DNA of 64,000 nt from NCBI GenBank assembly GCA_963714095.1, contig OY970230.1:6206-70205 (forward strand), given 5' to 3'. The position numbers were made by a program, and so were the translations under genes. The notes under the pieces were generated by a model. That model did no database searches. It was given only the letters and a program-made list of their open reading frames with translations, and was not told where the DNA came from. Position 1 is the first letter of the stretch; each line of letters starts with the position of its first letter. This stretch comes from Candidatus Gottesmanbacteria bacterium (lineage in GTDB: Bacteria; Patescibacteriota; Microgenomatia; UBA10105; UBA927). Of this stretch, positions 1-8,812 are shown in pieces.

Positions 1-101
1 ATATGAGTATTCACGCGGGATCCACCATTGATCTGGAGTTCGTGTCATAAGATGACAGCGAGTATATCAAACTTTGGAGCATTCTGGTAGTTTAAACACT
101 T

Positions 102-177
102 TGGGGTGACGTACGGGAGTTGAACCCGTTATGGCCTCCTCCACAGGGAGGTGCCTAACCGTCCGGCACACGTCACC
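102..177 (-). tRNA. tRNA-His (anticodon GTG), with encoded G-1 and 3' CCA
   Basis: Reverse complement folds as a cloverleaf: 8-bp acceptor stem GGTGACGT/ACGTCACC (G-1:C73, the tRNA-His hallmark), anticodon loop CTGTGGA, T-loop TTCAACT, CCA encoded. Confidence 0.8.
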
Positions 178-199
178 AATGGGATAATTATATCATTTT

Positions 200-1906
200 T
201 TACGGCCCGAAGAAGCGAAGGATGGCGGTCCACGGGGAAAAGCGGATGAGCGCAAGAATATCGGCAAACGTGAACGTGCCGTCGTTATTAAAATCGAGAG
301 GCAAAAACCTCGCCGGGTACAGTGTGGTTATCTGCGGGCCAAGTGCAGTAATAGTTTGCCGCGGTAAGTACCCATGCACAAGAGTGACCACGCGGTATGG
401 ATTCCCAGGAATAATATTAGTAAGTCCTTCGGCGCGTACAACCCCGTTTTTCATAGTCAGGCCGGTAAATTTTTGCAGAAGTATATCGTTATCGTACAGA
501 AGTATGGTGACGTCCGTTGCATCGCTGGTTTTTCTCCAGCCCAGATTTGCGTGCACCTCAGCCGACGGCGGAGGCACAAGGGTTATAGTACGCTGTTGCA
601 ATACGAATTCCTGTCCGTTGTGGTGAAGTGCCACAGTCAAAGGAAACGGTCTGGCCCGGCCCGGAGTTTTGAGATGGATAGTTATTGTGCCGGAACCATT
701 AGGCTCCACAATAGGTAACGGATCAATAAAAACGGAAAGTGGGCTGCCGTCTTTCACAACCAGTTCATAGTCGTCTTTCGGGTCCAGTATCCCCTGTCCG
801 TTATTTTCCACCGATGCGGAAAACGTATACGTGGAGCTCGCCACCAGTGTTTTGGGAAGTAAATCAGCAAGGAGTTTATACGATTCATGCTGTTTGGGCG
901 TGCCCTTGGGTTTGACGATTGCCTGATAGGCATAGTATTGGCTGTAAAAAGCGTCGATCCCCAGTTGTTTAAAGGAAAAATGGTCAAACGGTGTATCCTG
1001 ATAATTGAAAAGAAACGGGGTCACCGCTGCGATATCCGGGTCGCTCCATGCATTTTCGGCGGCTACCCGAAAATTTTCCCCCACCTGGTCGGACGAAAGC
1101 AAACCGGGAATAGTAGATTTTCCCTCGCTGTGCTCCCAGCCGGTTTCCGTGATAAATACCGGCAGCACCCGTGCAAGCCCGAGTGTTTTAAGGTACGAAA
1201 GTTCCCATTGGTAGGTGGTCAGCGTCCCCCGGCCGGTGGCGTAAGGTGAGCCGGAAAATCCGGGGTTTGGGTAGCTGTGCGACGTCCACCCGTCGATAAT
1301 CGTGAGGATTTCGGGTTTTGCCCCGATCATACGCGTAAGGTACGCTGCCTCGTCCATATCCGTGCCGCTGTCGGCGGCAGATGCATCCAGACCCGCAGGC
1401 AGGATGAAAAAGTCGTTATTGGCTGCTTTGAGTGCTGTTGCGAATGTCGTAAGGTATTCCGCATATTCTTCGGGATTCAGGTCCCCGCCCCATTCATCGG
1501 CATGGTTCGGTTCGTTGTAAAGAATGACGTAGCGGTTTTCCGTCGGCCAATTGAGGCTGTTTAGCAGAGTAACAATTTCGTAAAACCTATCTTTTTGAGG
1601 TTTTACCCACACGCCGTTTTCTACGTGTGTTGCAAGGCGGATGATCGGTATAAGATGGAGCCGGCGCATTTGGTTAAAAATGTTTTGCCAATGGTCGTGG
1701 TCGCGCTGGTCATCGGAGAGCACCATGGTCACGTATCCCCAATCCCCGCCTGTGCTGTTGATCAGCGGCGGCACGTCGGGAATATCATTGGTGTCTACGA
1801 TATGGATACCGAATTTGTTATTGGGAACACCCGTCGGATTGTAGATGGCGTACACCGGTTTGACGAAAGCACAAGCCGCAAGGATAAGGGAAATGAGGAA
1901 ATACAT
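200..1906 (-). CDS. Secreted glycoside hydrolase family 5 (cellulase/mannanase-like) with a C-terminal beta-rich domain
   Basis: Signal peptide MYFLISLILAACAFVKPVYA. GH5 catalytic motifs VILYNEPN (acid/base Glu) and ITETGW (nucleophile Glu). Start taken at the internal Met (about 1906) because the longer ORF runs into tRNA-Gly. Confidence 0.7.
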   Translation of the reverse strand: MYFLISLILAACAFVKPVYAIYNPTGVPNNKFGIHIVDTNDIPDVPPLINSTGGDWGYVTMVLSDDQRDHDHWQNIFNQMRRLHLIPIIRLATHVENGVWVKPQKDRFYEIVTLLNSLNWPTENRYVILYNEPNHADEWGGDLNPEEYAEYLTTFATALKAANNDFFILPAGLDASAADSGTDMDEAAYLTRMIGAKPEILTIIDGWTSHSYPNPGFSGSPYATGRGTLTTYQWELSYLKTLGLARVLPVFITETGWEHSEGKSTIPGLLSSDQVGENFRVAAENAWSDPDIAAVTPFLFNYQDTPFDHFSFKQLGIDAFYSQYYAYQAIVKPKGTPKQHESYKLLADLLPKTLVASSTYTFSASVENNGQGILDPKDDYELVVKDGSPLSVFIDPLPIVEPNGSGTITIHLKTPGRARPFPLTVALHHNGQEFVLQQRTITLVPPPSAEVHANLGWRKTSDATDVTILLYDNDILLQKFTGLTMKNGVVRAEGLTNIIPGNPYRVVTLVHGYLPRQTITALGPQITTLYPARFLPLDFNNDGTFTFADILALIRFSPWTAILRFFGP

Positions 1907-1980
1907 GGAGCGGCATAGGGGAATCGAACCCCTCACATCAACTTTGGAAAAGTTGCGTTCTACCAATGAACTAATGCCGC
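1906..1980 (-). tRNA. tRNA-Gly (anticodon TCC), CCA encoded
   Basis: Cloverleaf on reverse complement: GCGGCAT acceptor, anticodon loop TTTCCAA, T-loop TTCGATT, 3' CCA. Confidence 0.8.
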
Positions 1981-2027
1981 GTGTGCATTATTATATCAGA
2001 TTCGTTTCTTGATATAATACACCTGCG

Positions 2028-2100
2028 GCTCCTGTAGCTCAACGGATAGAGCAAGCCCCTTCTAAGGGTTAGATGAAGGTTCAATTCCCTCCAGGAGCGC
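2028..2100 (+). tRNA. tRNA-Arg (anticodon TCT)
   Basis: Acceptor GCTCCTG/CAGGAGC, D-arm GCTC-AACGGATA-GAGC, anticodon loop CTTCTAA, T-loop TTCAATT. Confidence 0.75.
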
Positions 2101-2101
2101 A

Positions 2102-2542
2102 TTAATTGGACAGTTCGACAAGGTCACCGGCTTTTATACCGACGCGGTCAATCGTACCGGCATTGACTTCCAGTACTTTATCCGCCGGGACACTCGGCGA
2201 GAGGCGTACCGGTTGAGCGGTCTCATTAACCGGTTGCGGAATATTACGCGAGAGATCCGCAACTTTGTTGCCGTTTATCCAGATAAAATCCAGCGGGAAC
2301 CGCATGCCTTTCATCCAGAATTCGTAGCGATCCGGGTGATCAAATACAAAAAGCATGCCGCCATCGGCCGCCAAAGAGTCGCGGTACCCAAGTCCTTTCT
2401 CTTTCTCCCCCTCAGTGATTGCGAGCATAAGATGGAAAGTATGTCCGTTGATGATTGCCTTTTCACCTATCGGGTGTCGGACGTAATAGAGAACAGTAAA
2501 GAGAAGGAGAGCAACAATAAAAATGATAAGAATTTTTTTCAT
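2102..2542 (-). CDS. DUF192 (COG1430) family protein with an N-terminal membrane anchor
   Basis: N-terminal TM helix. Conserved DUF192-like segments GMLFVFD, FWMKGMRFPLDFIWIN. Confidence 0.55.
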   Translation of the reverse strand: MKKILIIFIVALLLFTVLYYVRHPIGEKAIINGHTFHLMLAITEGEKEKGLGYRDSLAADGGMLFVFDHPDRYEFWMKGMRFPLDFIWINGNKVADLSRNIPQPVNETAQPVRLSPSVPADKVLEVNAGTIDRVGIKAGDLVELSN

Positions 2543-3354
2543 GTTGTTCGTGTTACTACAAAGTGTAGCAGATTTTGTAAAGTTTGTTTCGCTTGTTGGT
2601 GGATTGGTAAACGTGCGAGCGATTCTTCCGCTGATTTCGTATATGCGGCGATATCGAGATCAGTAAATGGATTGTTTTCATGATCCAACCGGTCATCCTG
2701 AATTTGGAAAAGGATACCGGTAGATACACCAAATGATTCCAAATATCGGAGCGTTTCTTTTGTTGTCCCTGCAAGCGTTGCCCCCAGCATCAGAGGAACT
2801 GCAAATGTATATCGGGCGGTTTTATATGTGTAGAGATTGAATAGTTCCAGTTTCGTTTTTGCCGCATGAGCGACGTCTGCCATCTGTGCAACGCCGACGG
2901 ACTGGTATTCGCGTCCGACCAAACGAATAATTCTGCCCAGCGTCGTTGCATCGGTTTTGATTGAACCGAGCAGTTCAAAGGCCATAAAGAATAATACGTC
3001 ACCTGCACATGTCGCGAGTGCCTCGCTTTTGTATTGCGCGTGCAGCGAAGGAATGCCGCGGCGCTCATCATCATGGTCCATAATGTCGTCATGGATAACC
3101 AGGGCGGTTTGAATAAGTTCCAGTGCTGCTGCCAGTTTGATGGCGTCCTCGGAGGGTTTTTCGTTGGTAAAACAATAGGCGAGAACGGTGAGCGATCCCC
3201 GGATAGTTTTGCCCGCAACAACAATAGATTTCAATTTATCGATGAGGTCGCTTCCCAGCTGGTTGACCCCGGAAAACGCCTGAGACTTTTCCGATAAAAA
3301 TTTCAGAAGATACGCATCAATACGTTTTTTGTATTGCTGAAAAATAGGATTCAT
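2539..3354 (-). CDS. trans-Isoprenyl (polyprenyl) diphosphate synthase, GGPP/FPP synthase family
   Basis: Two Asp-rich motifs: LVIHDDIMDHDDERRG (first DDxxD, FARM) and FQIQDDRLD (second DDxxD, SARM). Start taken at the internal Met MNPIFQQYKK; the ORF track extends it to 3426. Confidence 0.8.
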   Translation of the reverse strand: MNPIFQQYKKRIDAYLLKFLSEKSQAFSGVNQLGSDLIDKLKSIVVAGKTIRGSLTVLAYCFTNEKPSEDAIKLAAALELIQTALVIHDDIMDHDDERRGIPSLHAQYKSEALATCAGDVLFFMAFELLGSIKTDATTLGRIIRLVGREYQSVGVAQMADVAHAAKTKLELFNLYTYKTARYTFAVPLMLGATLAGTTKETLRYLESFGVSTGILFQIQDDRLDHENNPFTDLDIAAYTKSAEESLARLPIHQQAKQTLQNLLHFVVTRTT

Positions 3355-3405
3355 ACGGTAATTATAGCATTCTTGTTGTGGCGATATGATAAAATACCCT
3401 CGCAT

Positions 3406-3843
3406 ATGAGTGAGATTAACATGCAAGACCTCATAGGTTTTCAGATTGGCTACGGCGCATTTTTGTACGGGCGCCCACCGTCGTCGGGTAATATGGAAAT
3501 GGATGTTGCAGTGATTATTAATGACGGAGATAATTTTGAAGAAATTAGACAGTGGCTTGAAGAATCTGCGTCCTTGTTCGAGCGATCACATGAGATTCAT
3601 GTCGATGGGCTTCTTATGACGGAATCCAATTGGCTTGAGCGTCAGAGAAGAATTTTTGGGGTGCATCCCCATGAGCCTCACTTTGCCACAGTCGAGACAT
3701 GGGATGGTGTTGCGTATGTGCCGATTTACAACGAGCGGTATATTACGGAAAAAATCGGGTTTTGCCGTGAACATCCGATTGATGAAGGATTAAAGGAAAT
3801 TTCTCCGGAAATGCGGTTCGGGACCGCGGTTGAGCGAAGATAA
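3406..3843 (+). CDS. Hypothetical protein, possibly a minimal nucleotidyltransferase fold
   Basis: ORF with a weak G[RS]-x9-D-x-A pattern (YGRPPSSGNMEMDVAVII). No firm family assignment. Start uncertain: 3334 in the track, 3406 avoids overlap with the divergent neighbour. Confidence 0.35.
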   Translation: MSEINMQDLIGFQIGYGAFLYGRPPSSGNMEMDVAVIINDGDNFEEIRQWLEESASLFERSHEIHVDGLLMTESNWLERQRRIFGVHPHEPHFATVETWDGVAYVPIYNERYITEKIGFCREHPIDEGLKEISPEMRFGTAVERR

Positions 3844-3848
3844 CTTGG

Positions 3849-3922
3849 TCGGGACGGGCAGACTTGAACTGCCGACCTCACGCTCCCAAAGCGTGCGTTC
3901 TAGCCAACTGAACTACGTCCCG
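3849..3922 (-). tRNA. tRNA-Pro (anticodon TGG)
   Basis: Reverse complement CGGGACG...CGTCCCGA, anticodon loop TTTGGGA, T-loop TTCAAGT. Confidence 0.8.
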
Positions 3923-3923
3923 G

Positions 3924-4010
3924 TGCCGAGGGCGAGACTCGGACTCGCACGAAGGGTTTTACCTTCACAAGATTTTAAGTCTTGCGCGTATACCATTTCG
4001 CCACCCCGGC
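3924..4010 (-). tRNA. tRNA-Leu (anticodon TAA), type II with long variable arm
   Basis: Reverse complement GCCGGGG TG GCGA AATGGTATA CGCG..., anticodon loop CTTAAAA, long variable arm, T-loop TCCGAGT. 87 nt. Confidence 0.8.
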
Positions 4011-4073
4011 AATCAGTCGTATTGTACCGCAAATCTGCTATAATTTACCAGAAGCCTACCTGATGGCAGGCAG

Positions 4074-4155
4074 GCCCGGATGGCGAAATTGGTAGACGCG
4101 TATGCTTCAGGAGCATATGGGGAAACCCTTGGGAGTTCGAGTCTCCCTCTGGGCA
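4074..4155 (+). tRNA. tRNA-Leu (anticodon CAG), type II
   Basis: GCCCGGA acceptor, D-loop AATTGGTAGA, anticodon loop TTCAGGA, variable arm TGGGGAAACCCTT, T-loop TTCGAGT. Confidence 0.8.
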
Positions 4156-4158
4156 CTT

Positions 4159-5136
4159 ATGGCAAAGGTAGAAAAGAAACACTCATGGTTTTTCGGCAAT
4201 TGGAAGATAGCTGCAATCGGAGGAGCGGTTGTGGTCCTCATAGGTCTGATATGGATAGCCGCACGATATCAGGAGGACAGAACGTACCGGAGGCTTTTGG
4301 GTGATGAACGTATAGAAGTGCAGCAAAACACGATCCCCCCTGACGTCCGTCAATGGATAAATCACGGTGGCGTGCTTGGAGTGAATACACAAGACACATT
4401 TATTGTCCAGGTGCTTCCGAAAAAGATCCGGGTGCCTATTCTTATGTATCATTATGTTGAATATGTGCAGGACAAAGGCGATACGATACGCCAGTCTCTC
4501 GATGTTACCCCGTATACGTTTGAGCAGGAAGTGAAAACCCTTATTGCAGCAGGGTATACGTTTATGACCAACGCCGAGGTGGCGGATGCCTTAAGCGGCA
4601 AGATTACGCTGCCCGCCAAACCCATCGCGTTGACCTTTGATGACGGATACCGGGATTTCTATACGGATGCGTACCCGATTCTCAAAAAATATCATGTTAA
4701 AGCAACGGAGTATATTATTACCGGGTTTTTAGGGTATCCGAACAATATGTCGGCCGCCCAGGTGAAGGAGATTGCCGACGGAGGCTTGGTAGAAATCGGC
4801 GCGCACACCGTGCATCATGCATGGCTCAAAGGATTGCCGCAAAAAGATGTGACCTTTGAGGTAGATCAAAGTAAAAAGACTTTAGAGGAACTTACGGGAA
4901 AACCCGTTGTGTCGTTTGCGTATCCGTACGGCGCGTATGATGTGAAGGCCATAGAGACTGTCGCGGATGCCGGGTTTACCAGCGCTGTGTCGACCATGCC
5001 CTGTCTGGACCAGTATCAAATACACCGGTATTTTTTCTGCAGGCTCAGGCCAGGCGGCAGAACGGGAGAAAGTTTGTTATCCTGGCTTTCAGGGGTCAAT
5101 GACCAGATAACCATGTCTGGGTCAACGTTTAAATGA
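4159..5136 (+). CDS. Polysaccharide deacetylase (NodB/CE4 domain), membrane-anchored
   Basis: N-terminal TM helix. CE4 motifs LTFDDGY (Asp-Asp metal/catalytic) and HTVHH. Start moved to MAKVEKK (4159), directly after tRNA-Leu. Confidence 0.75.
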   Translation: MAKVEKKHSWFFGNWKIAAIGGAVVVLIGLIWIAARYQEDRTYRRLLGDERIEVQQNTIPPDVRQWINHGGVLGVNTQDTFIVQVLPKKIRVPILMYHYVEYVQDKGDTIRQSLDVTPYTFEQEVKTLIAAGYTFMTNAEVADALSGKITLPAKPIALTFDDGYRDFYTDAYPILKKYHVKATEYIITGFLGYPNNMSAAQVKEIADGGLVEIGAHTVHHAWLKGLPQKDVTFEVDQSKKTLEELTGKPVVSFAYPYGAYDVKAIETVADAGFTSAVSTMPCLDQYQIHRYFFCRLRPGGRTGESLLSWLSGVNDQITMSGSTFK

Positions 5137-5526
5137 GTACGATTCCCCGGAGAAACCAACTGTTATAGTTTTATTCATTGTTTCGTCTATTACCTGCATT
5201 CCTTCCAGTATTGCAACGTCGCACGTAGCTCCCGACTGTTTGGAATTGTCCGGAAACCAGACAGTAGCCTCCTGGAAAAGGGTTTTACCATTTTTATGCT
5301 CGAATATTCCTTCAACCTTGCGAATAAGACTGGTCGGAAACGTTTTTTCAGGATACAGAAGAGTATATTTGTTTCCCCAAATGAGAATAAGTTTGCGGAA
5401 TTGATGAGCCGTTTCCGGGTTTTTGGTATCGCTGATAAAACCGTATATATTCGGATGACCATGTGAATCCGTATCCAGAGCTAATGGAACGAGAAAATTT
5501 AGTGCAGTAGGTGCCTCAGCATTCAT
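5122..5526 (-). CDS. Hypothetical protein
   Basis: 134-aa ORF, no recognised motif. Converges on the deacetylase gene with a 15-nt overlap. Confidence 0.35.
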   Translation of the reverse strand: MNAEAPTALNFLVPLALDTDSHGHPNIYGFISDTKNPETAHQFRKLILIWGNKYTLLYPEKTFPTSLIRKVEGIFEHKNGKTLFQEATVWFPDNSKQSGATCDVAILEGMQVIDETMNKTITVGFSGESYSFKR

Positions 5527-5686
5527 AGTTATAGGCTATCAAGTATAACAGGTTTAGGGGGATTGTCCAAACAGGGGGTTTCTGTTTTCTATCCGCTGTT
5601 GAAGATGGATGTAATCGTGTCCTTCAAAAAATCAATTGTCCCTTGGATAAAATCATTCAGCGAAGGACACAAATAATTTCTGGTTA

Positions 5687-5715
5687 TTGACAATCGACTA
5701 ATAATCGCCTATTAT
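5687..5715 (+). promoter_or_regulatory. Near-consensus sigma70-like promoter for the Fic gene (TTGACA-17-TATTAT)
   Basis: ttgaca (5687-5692), 17-nt spacer, tattat (5710-5715), about 10 nt before the ATG at 5726. Confidence 0.5.
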
Positions 5716-5725
5716 TTGACTAGAT

Positions 5726-6760
5726 ATGTTTGTTCCTAAGTACTCCATTACTGATCAACTACTGGCCAATGTTACCAAGATTAATGATCTCGTCAGAGGC
5801 CTTAATGACCGCAGATTTCCTAAAGTAGTATTAGTAGAGTTTGAAAAGATCGCTCGGGAGGTTTCCACTTATGCCTCAACGAGTATTGAAGGGAATCCAC
5901 TTCCCTTGACTGAAGTAAAGAGGGTCCTTAAGTCAAGACCTGCCAATATCCGCGATAGCGAAAAAGAGGTATTAAATTACAATCAGGCATTGGAAAACTT
6001 AAATCAATTACTTGAATCTAACAAACTTGAAGTATCTTTAAAACTCATTCTTGACATTCACAAACAAGTTACAGATGGATTACTTTCAAAATTTGAATCT
6101 GGGAAGCTTCGACAAAAGCCGGTCGTTGTTAACGATCCAAGGACTGGAAAAACTGTATATCTACCCCCTGATTTTGAAAAGGTGGAAGAACTAATTACTG
6201 ATCTTATTGCCTATATTAAAGAAAATAGTCAAAAAGTTGACCCATTAATTCTGGCCGGTATTTTTCATAAAGAAATGGTCATTGTCCATCCGTTTATGGA
6301 TGGCAATGGCAGGACTACTAGATTGGCCACAAAAGTACTCTTAGCTAAAATGGGATTAAATACCTTTAACCTTTTTAGTTTTGAAAATTACTACAATCAA
6401 AATGTCACCAAATATTTTCAAACTGTCGGAGAATATGGGGATTATAACGAATTGATTAATACTATCGATTTTACTCAATGGCTAGAGTACTTTACTGGGG
6501 GTTTAATAGATGAGCTTTTACGGGTCAATAAACTTCTGCCGGAAATTGGTACCACGCCAGATACTAGACTGGAACCATATCATCTTAAAATTCTTGAATA
6601 CATCAAGAAAAATGGTTTTATTGCTGATCGCGATTATGCAACACTAACAGATAGAGCAAAAGCAACCCGCACAATGGATTTCCAAAAACTTATGGAGCTT
6701 GGTCTTATTGACAGAAAAGGTAAAGCCAAAGCAACGTATTATGTCCTGAAAGCGAGTTAG
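5726..6760 (+). CDS. Fic family protein (AMPylase/adenylyltransferase), class II with an N-terminal inhibitory helix and C-terminal winged-helix domain
   Basis: Fic active-site motif HPFMDGNGRTTR. Upstream inhibitory motif STSIEGN ((S/T)xxxE(G/N)). AT-rich codon usage compared with flanking genes. Confidence 0.85.
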   Translation: MFVPKYSITDQLLANVTKINDLVRGLNDRRFPKVVLVEFEKIAREVSTYASTSIEGNPLPLTEVKRVLKSRPANIRDSEKEVLNYNQALENLNQLLESNKLEVSLKLILDIHKQVTDGLLSKFESGKLRQKPVVVNDPRTGKTVYLPPDFEKVEELITDLIAYIKENSQKVDPLILAGIFHKEMVIVHPFMDGNGRTTRLATKVLLAKMGLNTFNLFSFENYYNQNVTKYFQTVGEYGDYNELINTIDFTQWLEYFTGGLIDELLRVNKLLPEIGTTPDTRLEPYHLKILEYIKKNGFIADRDYATLTDRAKATRTMDFQKLMELGLIDRKGKAKATYYVLKAS

Positions 6761-6787
6761 CACCCCTCTATTTAGAAAATTAAGGCA

Positions 6788-7141
6788 ATGAAAAAGTCTG
6801 AAAATAGTATCTGTAGAAATTGTAAAAGGACTTTTAGGTTTTCTTCGACTGGTCGTAATATATGTGCGAGTTGTGTAAAAAAGCATCCTTACTTTCTGTC
6901 ATTTGTCGAAGAGGGTTTTATGGGTGTTACTGATAGAACGTTCGGGAGAGTTGAAATATATTCCAACACTGAGGATACACCTTACGCAACGGATGAGTTA
7001 CGGTTTATATTTAAAGACAATAAACCCAAACTTAAAGAATTTCACAAATTTCGGGATAAATGGGATTTTAAAGATGTCACCAAAAAAGAATTTGATTTTG
7101 TTAAAAAGACTATTAAGGAAAACTTCTACAAAGCTGAGTGA
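6788..7141 (+). CDS. Hypothetical zinc-ribbon protein
   Basis: N-terminal CxxC...CxxC (CRNC...CASC), then a Lys/Phe-rich region. AT-rich like the Fic gene. Confidence 0.4.
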   Translation: MKKSENSICRNCKRTFRFSSTGRNICASCVKKHPYFLSFVEEGFMGVTDRTFGRVEIYSNTEDTPYATDELRFIFKDNKPKLKEFHKFRDKWDFKDVTKKEFDFVKKTIKENFYKAE

Positions 7142-7395
7142 CAACAAATTTTGAATCTAATTTTGATAGGTTAATAGATTGTTTCATGTTGTTTCACAAT
7201 TAGCACTTAATTTATACCAATCCGGAATCATGTTAAGAAGTGAAAACTTTATGAATGAAGAGAGGACTTGAACCAATTTGAAGCTAAAAGAAAATGAAAA
7301 TATTAGAGGAAGACAAGACAGATCACTACCTATTTTATAAAAAGCCCGATTTATCAATCTATTTGCACCTTTAACAACGGTGCCATCTTGTCTTG

Positions 7396-7477
7396 TGCGG
7401 ACGACAGGACTTGAACCTGCATGCCTTACGGCACAGTCTCCTCAAGGCTGCGCGTATACCAATTCCGCCACGTCCGC
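7396..7477 (-). tRNA. tRNA-Leu (anticodon GAG), type II
   Basis: Reverse complement GCGGACG TG GCGG AATTGGTATA CGCG..., anticodon loop TTGAGGA, variable arm TGCCGTAAGGCAT, T-loop TTCAAGT. Confidence 0.75.
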
Positions 7478-7489
7478 GTGCTTTACATT

Positions 7490-8371
7490 CTAGCAGAGTT
7501 TCTGTAATTTTGCGATGAAGAAGCCTTCGAGGTCATCGGTGGGGTCCACGCGGCCGGGTGAATGAAAGGTGAAGCCCGGAATTTGTACGGGAAGATTACC
7601 CACTGCCCCCTCTTTCAGTATTTTTTCAATGACCCCTTCGTTTTCCTCAGGATTAATCGTGCAGGTGGAATAAACGATTGTCCCTCCCGGCTTAGCACAT
7701 TTTATGGAAGCTCGCAGAATACTAAGTTGGCGGGCGGGAAACGCAAGGGCATATTCCTGCGACCAGTTTTTGTACGATTTAGGATTTGTTTCATCAAACC
7801 TACCTTCCATGGTGCATGGTACGTCAACCAGGACTTTATCGAATTGGCCTGAAAATTTCTGCGGAAGCATTTGGGCTGGCATCTGAGAAATCGTGACATT
7901 CGTTACTCCCTGGATCCGTAGGTTTGCCTTGAGTTTTTCCTGACGCACCGGACTTATGTCGTTTGCAACGATGGAGCCGTAGTTATTCATGAGTGCCGCC
8001 ATCTGCGTTGTTTTACTTCCCGGCGCGGCAGCAACGTCCAGGACCGACTCCCCTCCCTCTGGATTTAACACAAGCGCCGGTAGCATACTGGAAAGACTTT
8101 GGAGATATAATTTGCCCTGGGTAAAAACCGGTAAAGATGCTATCCTGCTGGCGCCCTGTGTTCGGACGATAAACGCATGCGTATTGCAGGGAACCGGCTC
8201 AACCCACCACCCATCGTTTGTCAGGGCCATCACAACGTCGTCGTTTGTAGATGTGAGTGTGTTGACCCGAAAAGTCGTGGGTTTGCGCGCGCGCAGTCCG
8301 TGCAAAATGGAGTCAGCCCGTTTTGGCGGGAACGCGAGGCGCAGTCTATCAAGAAATTCGGAAGGCAGCAT
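7490..8371 (-). CDS. 16S rRNA (cytosine-C5) methyltransferase, RsmB/RsmF (NOL1/NOP2/Sun) family
   Basis: SAM motif DVAAAPGSKT and the two catalytic Cys motifs DVPCT and YSTCT. Confidence 0.8.
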   Translation of the reverse strand: MLPSEFLDRLRLAFPPKRADSILHGLRARKPTTFRVNTLTSTNDDVVMALTNDGWWVEPVPCNTHAFIVRTQGASRIASLPVFTQGKLYLQSLSSMLPALVLNPEGGESVLDVAAAPGSKTTQMAALMNNYGSIVANDISPVRQEKLKANLRIQGVTNVTISQMPAQMLPQKFSGQFDKVLVDVPCTMEGRFDETNPKSYKNWSQEYALAFPARQLSILRASIKCAKPGGTIVYSTCTINPEENEGVIEKILKEGAVGNLPVQIPGFTFHSPGRVDPTDDLEGFFIAKLQKLC

Positions 8372-8389
8372 GGTATAATTTTAGCACAA

Positions 8390-8463
8390 GCCCGCTTAGC
8401 TCAGTGGTAGAGCATTCGCTTTACATGCGAGTGGTCGGGGGTCCAAATCCCTCAGCGGGCACC
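8390..8463 (+). tRNA. tRNA-Val (anticodon TAC)
   Basis: GCCCGCT TA GCTC AGTGGTA GAGC..., anticodon loop TTTACAT, T-loop TCCAAAT, acceptor AGCGGGC. Confidence 0.8.
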
Positions 8464-8464
8464 T

Positions 8465-8812
8465 ATGATAATTGATATTATTTTCTTTGTCGCGTCGTTT
8501 CTTTGCGATACGCTGGCGTATATTTTCTACCAGCGGTATGTCGACAGCCAGCATAAAAATACGGCGTTTTTCGTGTATGCAGTCGTAACTGCCGTACTCG
8601 TCTGGATATTTATTTTTAAACTGCAGGACCGCGGCCAGACGCTCCGGTTGTTTATCCCTATCTGGGCCGGCGGCAGTGCAATTTTCGGATATTTCTTTGC
8701 GGGACTGGCTACAAAAACTCCGTTAAAGGAGCTCGTCAGTGCGCAGGCGGTTTTCTGGGTTTTGTTGATCAGTGTCAGCATCTATTTCCTCAGCCGTTTA
8801 TCCTTCAGCTGA
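8465..8812 (+). CDS. Small polytopic membrane protein (about 4 TM)
   Basis: 115 aa, four hydrophobic segments. No catalytic motif. Confidence 0.4.
   Translation: MIIDIIFFVASFLCDTLAYIFYQRYVDSQHKNTAFFVYAVVTAVLVWIFIFKLQDRGQTLRLFIPIWAGGSAIFGYFFAGLATKTPLKELVSAQAVFWVLLISVSIYFLSRLSFS

Noticed and set aside
3830-4304. ORF-track CDSs 3830-4063 (+) and 4080-4304 (+), plus the first about 19 codons of 4102-5136
   Set aside because: They lie entirely over tRNA-Pro, tRNA-Leu(TAA) and tRNA-Leu(CAG). They have no coding-like composition and are artefacts of tRNA sequences being open in some frames.
7260-7285. 12-nt identity to the tRNA-Leu(GAG) T-arm as evidence for an integrated mobile element
   Set aside because: Kept only as a weak remnant hypothesis: the match is short, there is no second longer repeat and no integrase, so no mobile_element feature is called.
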